Assembly (NCBI RefSeq): GCF_000284115.1
Contig: NC_017080.1
Coordinates: forward strand, 2,100,001 to 2,132,000
Direction of reading: 5' to 3'
Length of the DNA: 32,000 nt
Source of the DNA: Phycisphaera mikurensis NBRC 102666
Lineage (GTDB): Bacteria; Planctomycetota; Phycisphaerae; Phycisphaerales; Phycisphaeraceae
Shown here: in pieces, positions 16,097-23,524 of the stretch
Layout of the letters: each line of letters starts with the position of its first letter
Position numbering within the stretch: the first letter of the stretch is position 1
Made by a program: the position numbers and the translations under genes
The notes under the pieces: generated by a model
The model's input: only the letters and a program-made list of their open reading frames with translations
Told to the model about the DNA's origin: nothing
Databases searched by the model: none

Positions 16097-16179
16097 AGAT
16101 GGGGTTCGCGGGCTGCGGGTAAGGTCCCGACACGCCGCATCAAGGCGGCCCCACGCCGCGTCCACCATTCTTCACCGCC

Positions 16180-17628
16180 ATGATCCGCTCTTCCTCAGCG
16201 TTCTCCCGCCCGCTCAAGCTCGGCCTCTTCGGCATCGGGCTGGAGGCTTACTGGTCGCAGTTCGACGGGCTCGAGGAGCGGCTCCGCGGGTACCTGGGCC
16301 GGGTGGAGGAGAAGCTGGGGCGGGACGGCGTGGAGGTCGTGAACCTCGGGCTGGTGGACACGCCCGAGAAGGCGGTGGACGCGGGGCACGGCTTCCGCGA
16401 GGCGGACGTGGACCTCGTCTTCCTGCACGTCACGACGTACGCGCTCTCGAACACGGTGCTCCCGGTGGTGCGCCGGGCCGGCGTGCCGGTGGTGCTGCTG
16501 AACCTGCAGCCGGAGCGGGCGATCGACTACGCCAGCTTCAACGCGATGGGCGACCGGACGGCGATGACCGGCGAGTGGCTCGCCAGCTGCGCCGCCTGCC
16601 CGGTGCCCGAGATCGCCAACGTCTTCCGCCGCTGCGGCATCGGCTTCCACCAGGTCACCGGCACGCTGGAGGACGACCCCGCGTGCTGGGACGAGGTGGA
16701 CGACTGGGTGGAGGCCGCCCGCGTGAAGCACGCGATGGAGCACAACCGCCTGGGGTTGATGGGCCACTACTACAACGGGATGCTCGACATCCAGACCGAC
16801 CTCACCGGGCAGCTGGCCGCCTTCGGCGGGCACCTGGAGATCGTCGAGCCCGAGGAAGTCGTCGCGCTGCGCGAGGGGGTCGGGGACGACGCGGCGCGCG
16901 AGCGGGTCGGGCGGTTCGGCGAGGTGTTCGAGGTCGCCGAGGGCTGCAGCGAGGAGGAGCTGACCCGCGCCGCGAGGACGTCGCTCGCGCTGGACGCGCT
17001 GGTGGAGGAGCGGCGGCTCGGCTCGCTCGCGTACTTCTTCCACTCGGTGCCCGGCCACCCCAACGAGGACCTGGTCACCTCGATCATCCTGGGCTGCTCG
17101 CTGCTCACCGCCAGCGGCGTGCCCGTCGCCGGCGAGTACGAGGTGAAGAACGCCCAGGCGATGAAGATCCTCGACCTCCTGGGCGTCGGCGGCAGCTTCA
17201 CCGAGTACTACGCCGTGGATTACGACGACGACGTGGTGCTGATGGGCCACGACGGCCCCGGCCACCTCGCCATCGCCGAGGGGAAGGCGAAGGTCAAGCC
17301 GCTGGAGGTCTACCACGGCAAGGTCGGCCGCGGGCTGTCGATCGAGATGAGCGTGAAGAACGGCCCGGTGACGCTGCTCTCGGTGGTGGAGACCGGGGAA
17401 GGGGGCCTGAAGCTGCTGTGCGCCGAGGCCGAGTCCGTCGCGGGGCCGATCCTGGAGATCGGCAACACCAACAGCCGGTACCGCTTCCCGATCGGCGCCC
17501 GCGCCTTCGTCAACGCCTGGAACGCCGAGGGCCCGGCCCACCACTGCGCGATCGGCACCGGTCACGTGGCCGGCCGGATCCGCAAGCTCGGCGAGCTGCT
17601 GGGCCTGCCGGTCGTCAAGGTGTGCTGA
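16180..17628 (+). CDS. L-arabinose isomerase-family sugar isomerase (AraA / L-fucose-isomerase superfamily)
   Basis: 482 aa. N-terminus LKLGLFGIGLEAYW. Motifs AGEYEVKNA, FTEYYAVDY, LMGHDGPGH and GPAHHCAIGTGH line up (from memory) with E. coli AraA GEGDWK, MEDYTYH, GSHMLE and GGAHHT. The sugar substrate cannot be inferred. Confidence 0.85.
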   Translation: MIRSSSAFSRPLKLGLFGIGLEAYWSQFDGLEERLRGYLGRVEEKLGRDGVEVVNLGLVDTPEKAVDAGHGFREADVDLVFLHVTTYALSNTVLPVVRRAGVPVVLLNLQPERAIDYASFNAMGDRTAMTGEWLASCAACPVPEIANVFRRCGIGFHQVTGTLEDDPACWDEVDDWVEAARVKHAMEHNRLGLMGHYYNGMLDIQTDLTGQLAAFGGHLEIVEPEEVVALREGVGDDAARERVGRFGEVFEVAEGCSEEELTRAARTSLALDALVEERRLGSLAYFFHSVPGHPNEDLVTSIILGCSLLTASGVPVAGEYEVKNAQAMKILDLLGVGGSFTEYYAVDYDDDVVLMGHDGPGHLAIAEGKAKVKPLEVYHGKVGRGLSIEMSVKNGPVTLLSVVETGEGGLKLLCAEAESVAGPILEIGNTNSRYRFPIGARAFVNAWNAEGPAHHCAIGTGHVAGRIRKLGELLGLPVVKVC

Positions 17629-17760
17629 CCGCGGCAAGTCCGCGGACCGCCAAGGAAAACAGTCGGAGACCCCGACGGTCCGCGGATCCCGGGCGCCGGG
17701 AAAATGGGGACGTCATCCGCGTCCCCGAAAGGATCGACGAAACCAACGTCCCGACGATGG

Positions 17761-17891
17761 GTGCCACGCCCCTTGGGGCGTGGCGTCATCCTTGCTCGAC
17801 CACCCCGCAAGCGGCGTGGCACCCGGGTTGGGAAGCGTCGCGTGTTGGAAGGACGCGGTCAGGCGCCGGGCGGGTCCCGCGGCGGGGGCGG
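17761..17891. repeat. tandem repeat unit 1 (~131 bp), starting with the palindrome GTGCCACGCCCCTTGGGGCGTGGC
   Basis: Direct comparison with 17892..18036 shows near-identity apart from one 11-12 nt indel. Internal arms: GCCACGCCCC/GGGGCGTGGC, a later GGCGTGGCAC, and CTTGC-N11-GCAAG. Confidence 0.8.
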
Positions 17892-18036
17892 GTGCCACGC
17901 CCCTTGGGGGGTGGCGGGAACCTTCGGCGTCATCCTTGCTCGACCACCCCGCAAGCGGCGTGGCACCCGGATTGGGAACCGTGGCGTGTTGGAGGGATGC
18001 GGATCAGGCCTTGTCCGGGTCCCTCGGCGGGGGTGG
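17892..18036. repeat. tandem repeat unit 2 (~145 bp); its tail overlaps the last ~10 codons of the transporter gene
   Basis: Same as unit 1, with an insertion (gggaaccttcg) after the first hairpin. The end of the unit (18004..18036) encodes ...PPPPRDPDKA* of the minus-strand MFS gene. Confidence 0.8.
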
Positions 18037-19614
18037 GTGGTTCTCGCCGCGGCGGCGGGCGAGCTCGGCCTGGGTCGCCGCGGCGCGGGCGCGGGTGATG
18101 GGGTAGAGGGCGAAGACGCAGAGGGCGATCACCAGCCCGCCGCCCTGGCAGAGGATCAGCGTCAGCAGCATCCGGTCGGCGACCTCGGGCCCGACGCCGC
18201 CGGCGGCCTCGGCGGCCTCGGGGTCGAAGCCGATCCAATCCAGCAGGAAGCCGCCGCCGAGGACGGTGAAGGCCAGCGCGATCTTGCGGCCGAAGCCCTG
18301 CGCCGCGCCGAACATGCCCTCGCGGCGTCTGCCCGTCCGCAGCTCGTCCTCGTCGCAGATGTCCGCCGTCATCGAATCGACCATCAGCCAGCATCCCTGG
18401 CCGCCGAGCGAGAGCAGGAAGGTCGCCAGCAGCACGCCGGGCTTGATCGCGGCGGGGTCGGGCTCGGCCCCCAGCGCCCCGGCCGCCGCGACGAAGCCGC
18501 GGACCAGGCCGCCGTCGCGGTCATTGATGGCGGCCGCCGGGTCGTAGAGGAACCAGATCGACACCGTGCCCACGAGCATGAGCGACAGGCCCAGGATCAT
18601 CGCCGGCCGCTTGCCGGTGCGCCGCGAGACCCACGCGGCGAGGAACATCGAGCCGTAGGAGGTGAGCGCGGCCAGGACGCCGGCGAGCAGGCCCAGGAAG
18701 GCGGCGTGGTCCTTGGCGGCGTCGACGGTGGCGGCGCCCTGGAAGACGTAGTAGATCAGCGCGAAGGTGCCCACCGTGCCCGCGGTGAAGATCCCCATGA
18801 TCACCGCCATGTAAGCGATGAACAGCACGAGGAAGGGGCCGTTTTGCAGCGTCGCCCTGACCGCCGGCAGGATCGGCGTGGTCGGCTGCGTCGCCGCCTC
18901 GGGCCGCTCGCGGCACGCGATCGCGGGCGCCAGGCCGGTCACCAGCACGATCGCCGCGAGGATGAGCGTCACCCAGCGGACGCCGTTGACCTCGCCGTCG
19001 ATGCCGTCGCCGAAGACCGGCAGCCGGCAGAACCAGTACAGCGCCGGGACCGTCATGCTCGCGGCGAGGCCCAGGTACATCCGCCAGGCGAGCACGCGGG
19101 TCCGCTGGTCGTAGTCGTCGGTGAGCTCGAAGCCCAGCGCCGTGTAGGGCACCATGAACAGCGTGTAGAAGACGAAGTACAGCGACCCGACGATCGAGAG
19201 GTACCAGAAGGGCCCGTTGCTGTACCAGGGGTTGCCCGCGGTCTCCAAGAGCGGCGGGAACCACATGAGCGGCAGCAGCACGGCCGAGCCGACGGCGCCG
19301 GCGACGATCATCGGCCGCCGCCGGCCCCAACGCGACCGGAAGTTGTCCGAGAGGTTGCCGATCAGCGGATCGGTGATCGCGTCGACGAAGCGCGGCACCG
19401 ACAGCGCCACGCCGGCGAGGCCGGCGGGCACGTGGAAGGCGGTGACGTAGAGGATCATGCCCAGCACGAAGAGCGTGCTCGACATGAAGTTGTCGGCGAT
19501 GCCGCCCAGCCCCCAGCCGACGCGGACCCGCAGCGGCAGCGGGGCGGGGGCCGGCCCGGAACGCGGCTCGCTGGGGTCGGGGGCGGGGCTCGCGGTCTCG
19601 GTCGGGATGGGCAT
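18004..19614 (-). CDS. MFS transporter of the glycoside-pentoside-hexuronide (GPH) cation symporter type
   Basis: 536 aa and multi-TM. Signature VDAITDPLIGNLSDNFRSRWGRRRP (D-x3-DP-x2-G-x3-D-x6-GR-x-RP), typical of MelB/UidB-like GPH carriers. Confidence 0.9.
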   Translation of the reverse strand: MPIPTETASPAPDPSEPRSGPAPAPLPLRVRVGWGLGGIADNFMSSTLFVLGMILYVTAFHVPAGLAGVALSVPRFVDAITDPLIGNLSDNFRSRWGRRRPMIVAGAVGSAVLLPLMWFPPLLETAGNPWYSNGPFWYLSIVGSLYFVFYTLFMVPYTALGFELTDDYDQRTRVLAWRMYLGLAASMTVPALYWFCRLPVFGDGIDGEVNGVRWVTLILAAIVLVTGLAPAIACRERPEAATQPTTPILPAVRATLQNGPFLVLFIAYMAVIMGIFTAGTVGTFALIYYVFQGAATVDAAKDHAAFLGLLAGVLAALTSYGSMFLAAWVSRRTGKRPAMILGLSLMLVGTVSIWFLYDPAAAINDRDGGLVRGFVAAAGALGAEPDPAAIKPGVLLATFLLSLGGQGCWLMVDSMTADICDEDELRTGRRREGMFGAAQGFGRKIALAFTVLGGGFLLDWIGFDPEAAEAAGGVGPEVADRMLLTLILCQGGGLVIALCVFALYPITRARAAATQAELARRRGENHPPPPRDPDKA

Positions 19615-19641
19615 CGGCGGGCTCGTGGAGGAGGTGGAGGT

Positions 19642-21150
19642 TCAGCCCGCCGCGGGGTCTCGGATCAACGCCTCGCGCGTCGTGAACGGATCCGCGGTGT
19701 CCCGCAGCCACCCGGCGAGCGTCCGCTTCAGGCGGGTCAGCGTCCCGGCGTGGTCCGGGAGATCGGCGAGGTTCTCCAGCTCGCCCGGGTCGGCTTCGGT
19801 GTCGTAGAGCTCGAAGGTCGGCGGCGTGACGCCGAAGCTCTGGGGATCGATCTCGGCGAGCATCCGGTGCTCGTCGGGGAACGCGGCCGCGCGGGCGACG
19901 ATCTCGCGGTAGACGCGGTTGTGCCACGGCTGGACGCGGCCATCGGGCAGCTCGAGCGCCCAGAACTTCAGGTCGGCGTTCACGTCGCGTGGTCGGTCGG
20001 CGTTCTCGCGGTAGATCAGCTTCCAGCGGCCGTCGAAGACGCTCCGCTCCTGCATCCCGTCGTCCCGCGACTGCCCTCCGTGGATGATCTCCGCGAAGAC
20101 CGCCTCCGCGCCGGTGGCGCCCGCCTCGCCGCGGACCAGCGGAGCCGCGGACCGACCCTGCACCGTGGGCGGCACCGGCAAGCCGAGCAGCTCCAGCAGC
20201 GTGGGCAGCACGTCGACGCCGGAGACCAGCTCCCGCGTCCGCCGGCCTTCAGCCACCCCCGGACCCGCGAACGCCAGCGGGACGTGCAGCCCGAACGGGT
20301 ACAGCGACATCTTGCCGCGGTGGTAGGCGGGGCCGTGGTCGCCCATCAGGAGAACGAGGGTGTTCTCCAGGACACCGGCCTCCGCGACCGCGCCGAGGAT
20401 CTCGCCGACCTGCCGGTCGGCGACCTCCACGGAGTCGAGGTACTCCGCGAAGTCGCGGCGGATCGTCGGCGTGTCGGGCAGGAACGCCGGCAGCTCCACC
20501 GCGGCCGGGTCGACGCCGATGGCGACCTCCTCGCTGTTGCGGAAGGGGCGGTGCGGCGCCGACAGATTGGCCAGGAAGAACCACGGCTTTTTTGCAGCCG
20601 CCGCCGCCTCGATCACCGCCAGCGCGCGGGCCGGGGTGTTCTCGCGGAACATCATGTCGTAGGGAAACTTCTCGTTGGGCGCGACGTGCAGCTTGCCGGA
20701 GGCCGCGGTGAAGTAGCCCGCGGCGTCGAGGATCTCCACGAGCGTCGGCAGGTGGTCCCGGATCCGGACGCGGCGGTAGATGGGCTCGAATCGCTGGGCC
20801 GGGCTGAGCTTCTCCGCGGGAACGAAGAAGTCGCGGGTGTTCGCGACCAGGCCGTTGGTGTGGGCGTAGGTGCCGGTGTAGAGGTTCGCCTTCGACGGCG
20901 AGCAGACCGGGTCGTTGACGTACGCCCGCTCGAAGTAGACGCCCCGGGCGGCGAGGCGGTCCATGTGCGGCGTCTCCACGCCGGCGGTGCCGACGAAGCC
21001 GAGGTGGCTGCCGTGGTCCTCGGTGAGGAGGAAGAGCACGTGGGGTGGGGCGTCGTCGGCGGCGGCGCCCTCCGCGAGGGCAAGCAGGACGATGGCCAGG
21101 CCGGCAAAAAACCCCCCGCGGAGGGAGGAGCGGGTGCGGAGGGCTCGCAT
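19642..21150 (-). CDS. sulfatase (N-sulfoglucosamine sulfohydrolase-like) with non-canonical active-site motifs
   Basis: Track ORF 19642..22122. Start placed at ATG 21150 (MRALRTRSSLRGGFFAGLAIVLLALAEGAAA, signal peptide). The sulfatase fold is evident (LMGDHGP, GKLHV). The key motifs read LLTEDHG instead of DD, and VCSPSKANLYTG (C-x-P-x-K) instead of C-x-P-x-R. Confidence 0.85.
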   Translation of the reverse strand: MRALRTRSSLRGGFFAGLAIVLLALAEGAAADDAPPHVLFLLTEDHGSHLGFVGTAGVETPHMDRLAARGVYFERAYVNDPVCSPSKANLYTGTYAHTNGLVANTRDFFVPAEKLSPAQRFEPIYRRVRIRDHLPTLVEILDAAGYFTAASGKLHVAPNEKFPYDMMFRENTPARALAVIEAAAAAKKPWFFLANLSAPHRPFRNSEEVAIGVDPAAVELPAFLPDTPTIRRDFAEYLDSVEVADRQVGEILGAVAEAGVLENTLVLLMGDHGPAYHRGKMSLYPFGLHVPLAFAGPGVAEGRRTRELVSGVDVLPTLLELLGLPVPPTVQGRSAAPLVRGEAGATGAEAVFAEIIHGGQSRDDGMQERSVFDGRWKLIYRENADRPRDVNADLKFWALELPDGRVQPWHNRVYREIVARAAAFPDEHRMLAEIDPQSFGVTPPTFELYDTEADPGELENLADLPDHAGTLTRLKRTLAGWLRDTADPFTTREALIRDPAAG

Positions 21151-21194
21151 GAGGATCGCGGAGGGAAGGGGCGCGGGAAACCGCCGGCTGGGCG

Positions 21195-22322
21195 TCAGCC
21201 GGCGAAAAGCGAGGGGATCGGCACGCGGGTGCCGCCGGCGCGGACCGAGCGATCGCAGGCTTCGAGGCAGGCCTGGATCTCGGCTCCGCGGAGCACGTCC
21301 GCCTGGTCCTGCTCGCCGGTCTGGATGGAGCGGATGAAACGCTGGAAGTTGCTCGGGGTCGCGGCGACGTCGACCGACGTCCAGGCGGCGCGGTGCCGGG
21401 CCTCGCCGAGGCAGTGGCGCAGGCGGGTGGGGCTGTCCTCCAGGTCGATCTCGAGGGAGCCGAGCGTGCCGTAGACGCCCAGCGCCACCTGGTTGGGGTG
21501 GCCTGAAGCCCAGCGGGTGGACTCGACGAGGCCCAGGCCGCCGCCGTCGAGGTCCAGCTCGACGGCGACGGAGCTGTTCGCGTCCAGCGGCCGGCCTTCC
21601 CACTCGGTCACCGGCGCGCCCGTTGTGGGGTGGGGTGCCGGGAACGAGCGGACGCTGCACCGCAGGGCCGTCGCCGGGCCCGCGACGCCCGTGAGGAAGT
21701 CCAGGATGTGGCAACCGACGTCGCCGAGCGTGCCGCCGGCGGCGGGGCCCACCGGGCTGCCGTCGGGGCGGCGGGGGATCCCGCAACGCCAGAGGTGGTT
21801 CTCCTGCGTCCAGTTCCCCCACACGTTGCTGGCCAGCCAGGCCTGGAAGTACCGGCCGGTGGCGTGCCGGACCTCGCCGATCGCCCCGTCGGCGGCCAGC
21901 CGGCGGGCCTCCTGCCAGGCGCTCGCGTCGCGGTAGGTGAAGTTGATGAAGGTGACGATCCCGGCGGCGTGCGCCGCCCGGGCGGCGGCCGCCACCTCCT
22001 GCGCGTCCTCGAAGGTGGTCGTCAGCGGCTTCTCGCACATGAGGTGCTTCCCGGCGCCAAGCACCTGCAGCGACAGCGGGGCGTGGAAGGCGTCGGGGGT
22101 GACGACAGCGACCGCATCGCACGCCTCCAGCAAGTCCTCCACGCGCGTGACGCTGCGGGCGAAGCCGTGTTCGGCGGCAAAGACGCGGGCTCGGTCCGCG
22201 TCGATGTCGCAGCAGGCGGAGAGCTCGACGCCGTCGATGCCCCGCGTCCCGCGGGCGTGGGCGGCGGCCATGCCCCCGGTGCCGATGATGCCGTAGCGGA
22301 TCAAGGAGCGGCCTCGCTCCAT
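21195..22322 (-). CDS. Gfo/Idh/MocA family NAD(P)-dependent sugar oxidoreductase
   Basis: Track ORF 21195..22889. Start placed at ATG 22322 (MERGRSLIRYGIIGTGGMAAAHA, Rossmann GxGxxG). The MCEKPLT motif is present. No signal peptide. Confidence 0.9.
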   Translation of the reverse strand: MERGRSLIRYGIIGTGGMAAAHARGTRGIDGVELSACCDIDADRARVFAAEHGFARSVTRVEDLLEACDAVAVVTPDAFHAPLSLQVLGAGKHLMCEKPLTTTFEDAQEVAAAARAAHAAGIVTFINFTYRDASAWQEARRLAADGAIGEVRHATGRYFQAWLASNVWGNWTQENHLWRCGIPRRPDGSPVGPAAGGTLGDVGCHILDFLTGVAGPATALRCSVRSFPAPHPTTGAPVTEWEGRPLDANSSVAVELDLDGGGLGLVESTRWASGHPNQVALGVYGTLGSLEIDLEDSPTRLRHCLGEARHRAAWTSVDVAATPSNFQRFIRSIQTGEQDQADVLRGAEIQACLEACDRSVRAGGTRVPIPSLFAG

Positions 22323-22416
22323 CGAGCGGCGTTGGACCGGTCGCACGCCGGTGCGAAAGCCGGCGGCGGGGGCAAGGAGCCGGGAGGCTCGGCAGGAGAT
22401 GCGGCAGGAGGTCGAC

Positions 22417-22442
22417 TTGACATGGGGCGGAGAGTATATACT
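22417..22442 (+). promoter_or_regulatory. TTGACA ... TATACT promoter-like pair (spacer only 14 nt) upstream of the 22534 operon
   Basis: TTGACA at 22417..22422 and TATACT at 22437..22442. The short spacer makes a canonical sigma70 promoter doubtful. Confidence 0.2.
22433..22442. promoter_or_regulatory. operator-like perfect palindrome AGTATATACT in the divergent region between the two operons
   Basis: Perfect 10-bp palindrome with the same GTA-NN-TAC frame as GGTACGTACC and GGTACATACC. It lies between ATG 22322 (minus operon) and TTG 22534 (plus operon). Confidence 0.3.
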
Positions 22443-22486
22443 ATGAACACAACGCCTTTCGGCCGATGCCCGTGTCGCATCCATCC

Positions 22487-22504
22487 CGTGCGGGATCCCG
22501 CACG
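22487..22504. promoter_or_regulatory. perfect 18-bp palindrome CGTGCGGGATCCCGCACG in the leader of the 22534 operon
   Basis: Seen directly in the sequence. It sits 20 nt upstream of the GGAGG Shine-Dalgarno (22524..22528) and 30 nt upstream of TTG 22534. It could be a protein-binding site or an RNA hairpin. Confidence 0.3.
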
Positions 22505-22533
22505 CTTCTCCGCTCCCACCCCTGGAGGTTCTC

Positions 22534-23400
22534 TTGTCCCGCTCTCTTTGCTTCGTCACCGCCACCGCGGCTTCGTTCGCTCTGGTCGCCCCCTCGGCGT
22601 CCGCCGCTCCGATCGTCCTGTCCGACGGCTTCCAGATCGGCGGCACCGGCCTCAACACCAACGTCAATGCCGATCTGGCGACGCGCCAGAGCGGCACGGC
22701 GGCCCCGCTGACCCTCGCCGAGGCGACGGCGGGCACGAGCCCCAACAACGACGCCTTCATCCAGAACGACTTCGGCGCCTTCGGCTCCGACGCGCTCCTG
22801 CTGCGGACCACCGCCTCCCCCGGCGGCGGCGCCAACCAGACGGCGGTACAAGTCGGCGGCCTGGGCGCGGTGATCGGCACGCAGTACACGATCAGCTTCG
22901 ACTACCACATGTCGTTCGCTTCGGGCGCGGGCAACGCCCGCTTCCTGGGCTTCACGCTCTCCGGCGACACCGCCGCGGCCACGCCCGGTGGCGACTTCGC
23001 GATCGTGCTGCGGGAGAACGGCGACCAGACCACCTTCGAGGACGGCACCGCCACCGGCGCGCCGAACGTGCCGTACAGCACCAGCGGCGGCGAGGTCTCG
23101 ACGATCCAGCTGCTGGTGGACGAGACCCTCGCGACGCCGACGGTGACGGTGACGCTCAGCGACACCTTCGGCACCGATACCGCCACCCTCGCCCCGGTCG
23201 CCATCGACTTCGAGGCCGCCGACACCGGCCGCTTCCTGGAGATCCGCGGGAGCCAGTCCGGCGGCACCACCTTCGGTGGCAGCGTCGGCGACTTCCGCAT
23301 CGACAACCTCCAGGTCGAGATCGTGCCCGAGCCGTCCACGGCCGCGCTCGCGGCCGCGGGCGCCGGCCTGATGCTCCTGCGCCGACGCTCGGCCCGCTGA
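22534..23400 (+). CDS. PEP-CTERM sorting-domain protein (paralog of 23525..24325)
   Basis: TTG start preceded by GGAGG at 5-nt spacing. Signal peptide MSRSLCFVTATAASFALVAPSASA. C-terminus VPEPSTAALAAAGAGLMLLRRRSAR. Shares LLLRTT.SPGGGA and GGSVGDFRIDNL with the next gene. Confidence 0.8.
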   Translation: MSRSLCFVTATAASFALVAPSASAAPIVLSDGFQIGGTGLNTNVNADLATRQSGTAAPLTLAEATAGTSPNNDAFIQNDFGAFGSDALLLRTTASPGGGANQTAVQVGGLGAVIGTQYTISFDYHMSFASGAGNARFLGFTLSGDTAAATPGGDFAIVLRENGDQTTFEDGTATGAPNVPYSTSGGEVSTIQLLVDETLATPTVTVTLSDTFGTDTATLAPVAIDFEAADTGRFLEIRGSQSGGTTFGGSVGDFRIDNLQVEIVPEPSTAALAAAGAGLMLLRRRSAR

Positions 23401-23524
23401 AGCAAGCCGCGTGGTGGCCGCTCGGGTCCCACCCAGGCACGACGCCCCTCTCCAGCCGGCGGCGATCCCCACCGGATCCCCGCCGCTTCATCCGCTACGC
23501 CTCTCTTTATCGGCGACGCTCCTC

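Noticed and set aside
17761-18036. Possible CRISPR array, suggested by direct repeats with internal palindromes
   Set aside because: There are only two full tandem units (plus a possible degenerate partial third) of ~131-145 bp, directly abutting with no spacers, and no cas genes nearby. The geometry is wrong for CRISPR.
17704-21474. 1256-aa plus-strand ORF, the longest in the window
   Set aside because: It lies antisense to the GPH transporter and sulfatase genes, both of which have unmistakable signatures. The sequence is low-complexity R/G/D/E/A-rich, a high-GC artefact.
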